64,000 bases of DNA, from NCBI GenBank assembly GCA_030390025.1, contig CM059435.1:100068001-100132000 (forward strand), given 5' to 3'. Position numbers and translations under genes: made by a program. This stretch comes from Squalus acanthias (Eukaryota). Below are positions 24,359 to 35,615 of this stretch, in pieces (position 1 is the first letter of the stretch; every line of letters starts with the position of its first letter). Below the pieces are notes generated by a model, which worked only from the letters and a program-made list of their open reading frames with translations, had not been told where the DNA came from and did no database searches.

Positions 24359-25636
24359 TTTTTTAAAAAAATTTGTTTATGGGATGTGGGCGTCACTGGC
24401 AAGGCCAGCATTTATTGCCCATCCCTAATTTCCCTCGAGAAGGTGGTGGTGAGCCACCTTCTTGAACCGCTGCAGTCCGTTTGGTGACGGTACTCCCACA
24501 GTGCTGTTGGGTAGGGAGTTCCAGGATTTTGACCCAGTGACGATGAAGGATCGGCGATATACTTCTAAGTCAGGATGATGTGTGACTTGGATGGGAACTT
24601 TGAGGTGGTGGTGTTCCCATGCACCTGCTGCCCTTGTCCTTCTAGGTGGAAGAGGTCGCGGGTTTGGGAGGTGCTGCCGAAGAAGCCTTGGCGAGTTGTT
24701 GCAGTGCATCTTGTAGATGGTACACACTGCAGCCACGGTATGCCAGTGGTGGAGGGAGTGAATGTTTAAGGTGGTGGATGGGGTGCCAATCAAACGGGCT
24801 GCTTTGTCCTGGATGGTGTCGAGCTTCTTGAGTGTTGTTGGAGCTGCACTCATCCAGGCAAGTGGAGAGTATTCCATCACACTCCTTACTTGTGCCTTGT
24901 AGATGGTGGAAAGGCTTTGGGGAGTCAGGAGGTGAGACACTCGCCGCAGAATACCTAGCGTCTGACCTCCTCTTGTTGCCACAGTATTTATGTGGCTGAT
25001 CCAGTTAAGTTTCCGGTTAATGGTGACCCCCCAGGATGTTGATGGTGGGGGATTCGGCGATGGTAATGCCGTTGAATGTCAAGGGGCGGTGGTTAGACTC
25101 CCTCTTGTTGGAGATAGTCATTGCCTGGCACTTGTGTGGCGCGAATGTTACCTGCCACTTATCAGCCCAAGCCTGAACGTCGTCCAGGTCTTGTTGCATG
25201 TGGGCATGGACTGCTTCATTATCTGAGGAGTTGTGAATGGCACTGAACACTGTGCAATCATCAGCGAACAACCCCATTTCTGACCTTGTGTTGGAGGGAA
25301 GGTCATTGATGAAGCACCTGAAGATGGTTGGGCCTAGGACACTGTCCTGAGGAACTCCAGCAGCGATGTCCTGGGACTGTGATGATTAATCAACCACCAC
25401 AACCATCTTCCTTTGTGCTAGGTAAGACTGCAGCCAGTGGAGAGTTTTCCCCTTAATTCCCATTGACTTTAGTTTTACTAGGGCTCCTTGAATCCACACT
25501 CAGTCAAATGCTGCCTTGATGTCAGGGGCAGTCACTCTCATCTCACCTCTGGAATTCAGCTCCTTTGTCCAAGTTTGGACCAAAGCTGTAATGAGGTCGG
25601 GAGCCGAATGCTCTTGGCGGAACCCAAACTGGGCAT
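24359..25636 (-). mobile_element. LINE (CR1/L2 group, second family), 5'-truncated ~1.3-kb copy
   Basis: RT motifs LFADD, WADKWQVTFAPHKC and IYKAQVRSVMEYSPLAW. The 3' tail is at the left end. Confidence 0.93.
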
Positions 25637-27367
25637 CATTGTCTGCAAAGAGATTTGAGACAACCTAAAGTCATGAAGGGCACTATATAAATGCGAGTTC
25701 CTTCTATCATTCGAGATTGCATTAATCACAAATGAAAAGCACTTTTCGTATTCATTGTATAAAAATCAAAATGCAGTTGTCATTTTGGACAAGTTTCAAA
25801 ATTGTAACCTGGAGGTTAGGTTATATGCCACTTGCCATATAATTTTTGAAAAAGATTTTTAAGGATTGGCTCTACTGTGAAGTCCCCTATGGTTGAATAT
25901 CCTGCCAACATTCACTGCCTAGCCTCATACACGAAGAATAGCCACAAGGCAAGAAACTAGAGGACTAGTGGCCCTCGTGGAACTGGACTACAGCGTGAGC
26001 CGACACCTTCAGGAGAGGAGTGGAGAAAACAAAATTACATTTTTTTTTGCCCAGTTGAGCCAAAAATCTTGTTTACAGTGGTTTCCTGCCCAAGGGCAGC
26101 AAACAGACACAACATGCAACGGGAGACCAAATACATACAATATGAATCAACCTGCTAGAGTCTTAGCATTTCAAATTCCTTCACTTGATGCTGCTGTCAT
26201 TTCGTAATGTCTCGCGGTCGCTCCAAAGCAGTTCTACAAGCACCAACAATTCAGCATTTAGATGTCAGCAATGAATCTCTGGCACTGTTTCCCAAGTATG
26301 TCTTCGGAGGTACAGAAGAACTGGAGTGAGCAAAATATTCTCTTTTTCTATTCACTGCTATTAAGCAAACACTGTTGAATACAAAGAGGGTGAGTCAGCT
26401 CCTGGGCAAATATTTCTTTCAAAATCAATGCTCTCATTAACGGTGTGACCATTAATTGGTGTGTGTGATGTACAATCAACCTGAAACTATTTGAGTACAA
26501 CTACCCACCCACCTCATACCAGAACACCCTGTAAAGAATATCATTCTACCCACACAAAAACTTGGCTTTTCAGTGACGTTCCTAGAAGTTTTGTGGCTTT
26601 AGCTACCTGAGACTTCTGAGGAGTATTTGTTGCTGCAAGTTTCGATTTGCAAATCATCGCACCAGCACAAAAGAACAGACATTGACCTATGCATCGGATA
26701 ACGCCTACCAAAAACCCGAAATGGTGACTTGTCAAAAGAAGAGAGACATTTCTCAACCACAATAAATGAAATGTAGCAATAACTTCCACTGTAAGTAATT
26801 AGAATTTTATCAGTGCAATCAGAGTTGAAGAAGTATTTGTAAATGATTTGCTGTCAGTGTAGAGGTTTTGGATGTACAGCAGCACAAGAATCAGACTTCA
26901 GGAGAAGCCAACACTTGCACAGATAACTATCGAACAGTCCTTCAGCTCCATAGTGCTAGATTATAGTCTCTCTACAGTCTAGAAATCAAGAGTCCCATCA
27001 ACTACAAAGACACTGTAGGGAAGGAGAAAAATAAGAGACTACACCACTATTTCCAAGACCTCAATGAATTTTATTTTTCCACCACTAAACCTGTTGTGCC
27101 CCTCTTGGCCCCTGAGCACATGCAGCCCAGCAAGAAGCCAGGTTCCACAGGTGCTGGTCTTTCTCTGGTATCTCACCCAATTGGCTAATCTTCATTTAGG
27201 AGATTAACTGAGTGCTGGAAGGCTATTCAATCACAGAAGCATTACACCTCAGACAAATCCTGCCGTTTGCACGCACTCATTTTCAAAGAGATCACTGGAT
27301 AATAACCAGGAGTGGGATTCCTGGCTCATTGCCCCCGAGTTAGAGAGGGGAAAAAGAGCCAAACTGT

Positions 27368-27768
27368 AGCACTCCTGAGTAAGAAAGTCCTGGGTTCAAG
27401 CCCCATTCCAGGACTTGAGCACATAATCTAGACTGAAACCTTGGTGCAGTATTGTTGAGGGAGTGCTGCATTGTTGCAGGTTCTATCTTCCAAAAGAGAT
27501 ATTAAACGGATACCTGCCTGCCTGTTCAGAGGGACGTAAAAGATCCCAAGGCACTATTCGAAGAGCTGGGGAGTTCTCCCAATGTCTTGGCTAACACTTA
27601 TCCCTCAACCAACACCACCAAAAACAGGTTAGCTGGTCATTTACCTCATTGCCGTTTGTGGGACCTTTCTGTATGCAAATTAGCTATGTTTGCTTACAAA
27701 GCAACACATCAAAAGTAAATCATTGGCTGTGATGCACTTTATCATGTCCTGAGGTCATAAAAGGCCTT
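27368..27768 (+). mobile_element. DeuSINE-type SINE, diverged near full-length copy
   Basis: B box gggttcaagcccc, core gtaaaagatcccaaggcactattcgaag, 3' part cattggctgtgatgcacttt. Confidence 0.85.
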
Positions 27769-29299
27769 TCCCATTTGCTGAAATCAGCTAATATATGGAG
27801 CATCAAATTCATTTTAAAAAGGCTATTTTTCCACACTAAACCATTAGAGCAAAAGTAGTCAATCATCATTTTAAATGAAAAAAACGTGGTGTTTTTAACT
27901 TGAGGGACTCCCATTTGCAGCAGGTATGCAGTCCTCCACTTATCAATAGCATTCACAAATATGACCTCTAGAGTTCTGATGGAATCACAGCCCCAGATTT
28001 TCCAGGTAAAGCACTTCCTGTCCATGTACACTAAATAAATAGCTAGTTCCAGACATTTACCTGCTTGTGTCATAATGCTATTCCACGAAACATAAGCAAG
28101 CAGACCCAAGATCAGCTGTGCCCAGTCCCAGGCTCTACCTATGTTTGTACATATGAACATTTTGACTTGGGACGGCATTTTAATATCGTGGCTAAATTGA
28201 CAGAAGCGCCCTCATTTGCACAGCCATGTAAATCGCGACTATGCATAAAACATTTTTTAAAAACCCTGACCTTCAGCGGGCTCGATTAGGAACAGCGACA
28301 CGAATGAAGATAAATAGTGGACAGGGATGCCACAGAGATTGTGGGTCTCCCTTTGCCCACTGCTCTCGTCGGACCCAAACTTAAATATAAAAGTGCTTCA
28401 AAGAGTGGGTTTCATTAATTAAAAATGAACAATTATTCGCCAGAGTGGGAGCCATAATGTAGCTCTACAAGTCCAAATGCTACACCTTCCTGCCCAAAGC
28501 TATTGAGTGAAACTGGCAGTTAGGCTGCTCCCAAACAATGAAAAGGTCACTTTACTACAGAGGAATTAAGAGTACGTTAAAAGCTGGGCAAATCGAGTGA
28601 ACAATGACAAAGGCCCAAATACAATGATTGACAGTTCCCCGGTATTGTAAGTAAGGAAATTATACTCTGTCAGCAGTCTCTGACATGGCAGGATCACTTT
28701 GAACAGCCAAAGACAAAAAGATTTTGAAATTTAAAGTACACTATGAAAACTAACCATCAAGGTGAATAGATTTGATTGCATTTACTTGACCACATGGCTA
28801 TTCATTCAGTCGCTCTCTACTGTACCATTCGAGTCGTGCTTTTTTTTCTCCCATCGTGCTTTTGGAGGATTGCAGATATATTTATGCTGCTACTAAAAAG
28901 GGGCTTATTGGACTCGACTTTCCCTCTTCAAACTTCTTTCTCTTTAGAAAATCACATCAATTTATTGGTCAACAGTAGTCGGCAGCCTAGATTCAGCTAG
29001 AACAACAGTTAGTAAATTACTATTGATGCAAGCCAGAGTCCAATCTCGTTAGCAGATGCTAATCAATTTGTAGCAGTGCAGAATCGTTTAAACGTAAAAT
29101 AAGTGAAATGTTTCCAAGTGATCAAATCGTGTTATTCAGGCAATCTTGAATTTCTCACAACTGGAAATATAAAAATAATATTGAAACTACATATACAAGG
29201 TCAATAGGATCAAAACTGATCAACCACCACTAGTTATAGCAAACTAGGAATGCCCCACATCTGGAAGTATAAAAAGAATATTGAGACTACATACACACA

Positions 29300-30143
29300 G
29301 GGCTGGATTTTCTCAATGAGAAGCTTTTGGAGGCGGGACTGCTGCTTGCCGGCTTTCAATCCCGCCTCCATCAGCTTCTGGCCAACCAGCGGGATTTTCC
29401 CCTGCTTGACCTTGTTCAGCCCGCCCGGCGGGCTCAGCAGGCAAATTAGGGGGAAGTCGCTGACAGAGCACGTCAACGTCTGACGTGCCATCTGTCAAGA
29501 ACTTTTGAAAGAAGAAATGTCATCGTTTGACAGCTCTGTGAAGCTGTCAAACACTGACATTTTGTGTAGTTTGATAAGTTCTTGTGTTCAGGACTCATCA
29601 AACCTTTCAACTTTGCAGAAATCACCTGGCTGTTAGTTCGGAGGATGCAACAGCCAGTCTGTGAAATCTACAATGGAGATGTCGGGACTCTGGCTCCACA
29701 GTGGCTGAAGGCTGTAGGCAGAAACAAAGGTAAGTGAACATTTTATAACACTTAACACTCACCTTACATACTTACCACTCCACACTTGCACCCATCACTC
29801 ACCTCTACGTCGCACTTTCAGACCCCTCCGACCACTGCAGACCCACTGCTCACCTCCTACACCCCGGCGGGGATCCCCGAGGTCAGGAAGCCTGCACTTC
29901 GGAGCTAAAAATGGGGATAATCCTATTTTCTGCCTGTTAACTACCTGTTAACATGCAATTAATAGGCTTTAATCCCTTTCTCGCCTCGAGGAGATGGGAC
30001 CCGGGGCAGGACAGCTTCCCGCCTCCTGGCAAGAGGGCACAGAGCCGGGATGGGGCGGGTTTGCCAGCCGCCCCCAAAATCTGCAACTTTACCGGCAGTC
30101 CCGCCTCCATACCCACCTCCTCGGGGCTGAGAAAATCCAGCCC
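29300..30143. mobile_element. 844-bp non-autonomous DNA transposon (MITE) with perfect 16-bp TIRs
   Basis: GGGCTGGATTTTCTCA (29300-29315) and TGAGAAAATCCAGCCC (30128-30143). Subterminal inverted 15-mer TGGAGGCGGGACTGC at 29328-29342 and 30095-30109. CpG-rich. No clear TSD. Confidence 0.85.
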
Positions 30144-30380
30144 AATGTCGCAAAGAACCTAAACTGGTTAACCAACTCTAGTTATGGCAGTCAGGACCAA
30201 CAGTTTTGGCCAAAGTGCTGGATACTCAACCTAATGCAAGTAGTTTTTATGACATTCTAGGTTCACTGAATAGTTCATGATCGGCCAACCAGACTGTGTG
30301 AGGTTCTTGCCTCTTGTATGTGAGCATAAACTTGGAAAGACTAGAATCAGTCAGAAAAAAAAGAGAAAAAAATCTATACT

Positions 30381-30548
30381 AATTTCTCAGAATGTGGGTG
30401 ACACTGACAAAGCCACATTTATTGCCAATTGCTAGTTACCCTAAGAAGGTGGTGAAGGCCACTTCAAAGGGCATTAAGAGTCAACCACATATTGTGGAAC
30501 TGGAATTACATGCAAGGTAAATCGGGCAGGGGTGGCAGGTTCCTTTTA
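30381..30548 (-). mobile_element. SINE-like fragment sharing its 3' tail with the second LINE family
   Basis: 30387-30455 aligns with the LINE tail at 24380-24450, then diverges into unrelated sequence. Confidence 0.6.
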
Positions 30549-31035
30549 ACTACAACTTTATTGAAAACAAGAGTAATACATCTCATGAAACCCTCCTTTA
30601 AAAGTTACCTCTTTCACCAAGCTTTTGGTCACCCCCCTCTAATGCTTATTTCGATGGCTCAACATCCATTTTTTTATTTCATCTCTGAAGTGCTTTGAGA
30701 CACTGTTCCATGACTGTATATAAATGCAAGTTGCAAGTGTTCCATTTATATACTGTGTCACATTGAAATATCACAAAGCATTTCTTGCATTGAATTATTT
30801 TTAAAGTAATTATTTATGAGAATGGGAGTGAGGTATAATCACCATATATGCGGGTAGAAATTGGTTATGGCCCATTTATGGGAGGCCGGAGACGCGCCTG
30901 AAATTGGGCCTTGGGCCTCATTTACTTAATTTGGGTGAGCTGCCGGCTCCGGCCACGTCTCCAGAGGCAGCTCACCTGACTGTTGTGTCCACTTTCAGGC
31001 CGCCTACCTCACCAGCAGCTGCCCTCAGGTAAGTC

Positions 31036-33098
31036 TTTGATGAAGTAACAGAGAGGGTTCACGAAGGTAATGCAGTAGATGTTATATATATGGACTTTCA
31101 AAAGGCATTTGATAAAGTACCATACAACAGACTTATTCAGAAAATAGAAGCACATGGGGATGAAAGGGGCAGTGGTAACTTGGGTACACAATAGGCTAAG
31201 GGATAGCAGGCAGACAGTCGTGGTGAACAGGTGTTTTTCTGACTGGAGAGAAGTATGCAGTGGCATCCCCCAGGGTTTGAGATTAGGACCATTGCTTTTC
31301 TTGTTGTATATAAATGACCTGGACTTGGGTATAGGGAGTACAATTTTGAAGTTTGTGGATGATACAAAAATTTAGCAAGGTAGTAAAGAGTGAGGAGGAT
31401 AATAGCAGCCTTCAGCAGGACTTGGATAAGCTGGTGAAATGGGCAGACACATGGCAGATACAATTTAATGCAGATAAGTGTGAAGTGATGCACTTTGGGA
31501 GGAACAACATGGAGAGGCAGTATAATCTAAATGGTACTATTTTCAGGGGTGTGTACGAGCAGACGGACCTGGGGGTGCATATTCACAAATCTTTGAAGGT
31601 GGCAGGGCAAGTTGATAAGGCGGTTAAGAAAGCGTATGGGATACTTGGCTTTTTAAACAGGGGCAATGAATACAAAAACAAGGAAATCATGCTAAACATT
31701 TACAAATCACTGGTTAGGCCTCAGCTGGAGTATTGTGTACAATTCTGGGCACCACACTTTAGGAAGGATGTCAAGGCTTTGGAGAGGGTGCAGAGGAGGT
31801 TTACCAGGATGATACCAGAGATGAGGAAGTTCAGTTATGTGGAAAGATTGGAGAAGCTGGGATTGTTCTCCTTAGAGCGGAGAAGGTTAAGGGGAGATTT
31901 AATAGAGGTGTTCAAAATCATGAGGGGTTTTGATAGAGCAACTCGGGAGAAACTGTTTCTTCAGGCAATTGGATCGATAACCAGAGGTCATAGATTTAAA
32001 ATAATTGGCAAAAGAACTAGAGGGGAAATTAGGAGGATTTTTTCCCCAAACAGAGGGTTGTTAAGATCGGGAACACACTACCTGAAAGGGTGGTGGAAGC
32101 AGATTCTGTAGGAACTTGCAAAAGGCAATTGGACATGTACTTGAAGAGTAATAATGAAGTAGTCCATGCCCGTATGCAGCAAGACCTGGACAACATTCAG
32201 GATCGGACTGATAAATGGCAAGTAACATCTGCGCCACACAAGTGCCAGGCAATGACTGTCTCCAACAAGAGAGAGTCTAACCACCTCCCCATGACATTTA
32301 ATAGCATTACCATCGTCAAATCCCCCACCACCAACATCCTGGGGGGTCACCATTGACCAGAAACTTAACTGGATCAGCCAGTAAATACTGTGGCAACAAG
32401 AGCAGGTCAGAGGCTAGGTATTCTGCGGCGAGTGTCTCACCTCCTGACTCCACAAAGCCTTTCCACCATCTACAAGGCACAAGTCAGGAGTGTGATGGAA
32501 TACTCCCCACTTGCCTGGATGAGTACAACTCCAACAACACAAGAAGCTCGACACCATCCAGGACAAAGCAGCCCGCTTGATTGGCACCCCATCCACCACC
32601 TTAAACACTCACTCCCTCCACCACCGGCGTACCGTGGCTGCAGTGTATACCATCTACAAGATGCACTGCAGCAACTCGCCAAGGCTTCTTCGACAGCACC
32701 TCTATCACCTAGAAGGACAAGGGCAGCAGATGCATGGGAACACCACCACCTCCAAGTCACACACCAGCCTGACTTAGAAATATATTGCTGTTCCTTCATC
32801 GTCGCTGGGTCAAAATCCTGGAACTCCCGACCTAACAGCACTGTGGGAGCACCTTCACCACACGGACTGCAGCGGGTCAAGAAGGTGGCTCACCACCACC
32901 TTCTCAAGGACAATCAGGGATGGGCAATAAATGCTGGCCAAGCTAACGATGCCCACATCCTGTGAATTAATTTAAAAAAGGACTCATTTGCAGGGTTATG
33001 AAGAAAAAGCTGGAGTGTGGGACTAAACTGAACAGCTCTTTCAAAGAGGCACGACGGGCCAAATGGCCTCCTTCTGTGCTGTAAGATTCTATGATTCT
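31036..33098 (+). mobile_element. CR1 LINE, 5'-truncated RT region, interrupted at 32149-32979
   Basis: VDVIYMDFQKAFDKVPY, GIPQGLRLGPLLFLLYINDL, KFVDDTK and LVRPQLEYCVQFWAP. 3' end ttctgtgctgtaagattctatgattcta. Frameshifted. Confidence 0.95.
32149..32979 (+). mobile_element. LINE (second family) 3' fragment inserted into CR1
   Basis: Same peptide sequence as the 24359-25230 copy. CR1 sequence ...tacttgaagag|gactcatttgcaggg resumes afterwards. Confidence 0.92.
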
Positions 33099-35387
33099 AA
33101 TTCCCGGTAGGAGAGGGGTGGGGAGGAGCCAGTGAGCTGGACACGGGCCAGGAGTGGCTCTCTGGAGGGCTGTGGATCCGGGAGGGGCATTCCTGCTCCT
33201 CCTGGCTCCACGGGAAGGCTTTTAAAAACAAAAACAAAAACTTACCTATTTATTGATATTAAGTACTTTGCCTAAGAATTACTGCAGATTTCTACTGACT
33301 TTTTTGTTAAAGGCTACAGTTAGGCATCGAAGAATCTTGAGTGCCGCAGGCCTCCGGAGCCAGCTCCGCTCATCACAACCCAATTTAGAAGAGGGACTGT
33401 AAAACAGGCTGTAGGCCCCATATTTGCACATGTAAGGGGCTGAACGCCGGGTTTAAGTGACCACCCGAAAAATGGCCCGACCCAATATTGGGCCGGTTGT
33501 CTTTCAGGAGTCCTTGGGCGCAGGACGTTGCTCCATGAAATTTGCCCTCATTGAGGCCGTTTTATGCCTGTAACTTGAACACGAGGTCCAATTTCTACTC
33601 CACAAAGTCCCCATGTTAATCAAACAAATAGGTAATTGGGATGCTGCAATATACATCTGCTTGGTACAAGTAACAACTTGGAATAGTACAATGTATCAAA
33701 ACATGCTTCTGGTTAAAATGTGGTTGATTACTTTAATGATCTCAAGAAGGTGATAATGATGGCTTCTATATCTCACAATGACCAATCATTACCCAACTAC
33801 CAGCCCTGCATGCCTAATACAAAATAACTCACGGGCAGCATCAAAAGTAGGCGCATAAGACTTTGGTACGGATTTTTCCATTTTTGAGTCCATCAAGGTG
33901 ATGATTATCAATGCTTGGGATGGAATACTTCCCTATTGTTTGATACCCACAGTTTGTACCATACATTTCCAGATCAAATGTAGCTACACGGAGTAGAACG
34001 CTCTCCTCTCTACCCTAACCAAGAAACTGCCTTAACTCCTAACCTCAAAAGGACACCTTTCACTCTAGCTGTGCTTCCTTTTCTGATACCCACATGAATG
34101 AATGCGCATACTTCAATTTGTGTTCCATTTTGAATTTATATAGATTGAAATGTGTGATCAAATTCTTGCATACATTATTTAGCTGTACTGCCCTTTGTTC
34201 ATTAAGTACTTTGCATAAGAATTACTGCAGATTTCTACTGACTTTTTTTGTTAAAGGCTACAGTTAGTTTTGTACTAAAACAGCCTACTGAATGTAACAA
34301 GGGCTCGTGTTTCTGAAACTTTATTTTAAGCACTGGAAATGACTATGGTTGCAATCTGAGTCAGAAGCAAACATTTGATCAGAGCTGAATATAGGAGTGG
34401 TAATATGTCCTGAAAAATCCAGCTCCCAAAGTCTAAAGGTAAGGATATCATAATTCAACAGAGACTGTAATAACACACTGACTGTATTAACCCTTTCCAT
34501 ACCACTGAAAGACTTGCATTTATTACCTGTCTCTCAAACATCTCAAAGCACTTTATCTACAGTGAATTACTTTGAAGTGTATTAATTTCTTTTTAGCCAA
34601 AAGCAGCAATTTTGCACATAGATATGAGATGAATAAACAGTCACTCTTTAGAGGTATTACTTGGAGGGAGGAATGTTGGACAGATGGGATATCAGGAAAG
34701 CACCCAGCTCTATGCTTTGGACTTTACACATTAAGTGAGAAGACAATGTCAGGAATTTCCTTGGAGATACTCCGTCAGAAGTGCAGCAGAAACTTAGTTT
34801 ATGCGCAAAAATGGGACATCTCTGGCAAACTTCCAGCGGTGGAGGGGGAGCAGCTCAGAGGAAATTCCTGGCCAATCAAACTGATATCCTGCCCTGACTA
34901 AGTACTAGGAGTACTACCCTTGCTCTGTTGATGTAGGATCTTGATGCTCACAAAGCATCAAGAAGAAAAATTTGGTCGGCAACATGTCTAAATGGGAGGA
35001 TGAGCCAAGGAGCTGAAAGCAGCATTTTTGGTGGTCAGGGCAATCTTTGCTATCTGCTGTTATTCAGCCTTCTATTCCCCTTGAAACCCTTCACAAGTGG
35101 GTCATATTCAGACAGCACAACCACCTCTCCCCTAAGTACCTAAGTTACTAAAATTGAACCAACTTTCAGTCGGACCTCATTTCTAAGCCGCCTTTCTGTT
35201 TATTGCCGTCACAGAATTTTTTCTAACGTAAAGGCAGATGTTGCCTTCCTCCTCCCAGTCATATCTTTACAATGTGAATGTAAGCATCCTGCCAGTAATA
35301 CTACCATTCTACAGTCACAAATAACCAATTAAAAATCTCAGGTCAGGCTGTGGTCTCCTCGCATTTACAGATGCACATTTGGACACT

Positions 35388-35615
35388 GGGGGTAAAATTC
35401 AACTGTGACTTGGATGCAAAACGTGCGGAAGTAGATCAGCCGTCCATTGTATATCCCGCCCGATTGACTTCAAGCGGACTTCATACTGCCCATTTTACGC
35501 CCTGCCGAAGTTGAAAGTTTCGCCCAATGGAAAGGACAAATCAGGCTGGGTATACAACAGGCAGCCAATCCGCTACCACCTGTTTTGCATCCTCCTAGAA
35601 GTTGAATCTCACCCT
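35388..35615. mobile_element. Foldback MITE related to 20805-20988
   Basis: Ends ggggtaaaattcaact and agttgaatctcaccc. Internal aaatcaggctgggtatacaacaggcagccaatc is shared with 20908-20943. Confidence 0.6.

Larger units (their letters stand above)
23287..25705 (+). mobile_element. DeuSINE-type SINE split into four pieces by three later insertions
   Basis: Pieces at ~23287-23451, 23575-23625, 24186-24358 and 25637-25705 reassemble colinearly with the 8858-9324 copy. Confidence 0.8.
30850..33601. mobile_element. TIR-bounded non-autonomous DNA transposon hosting nested LINEs
   Basis: GTAGAAATTGG (30854-30864) and CCAATTTCTAC (33588-33598). GC-rich arms at 30850-31035 and 33099-33601. Confidence 0.65.

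Noticed and set aside
31353-32111. 252-aa ORF as an active reverse transcriptase or host gene
   Set aside because: It is a fragment of a 5'-truncated, frameshifted CR1 with an altered catalytic motif (FVDD).
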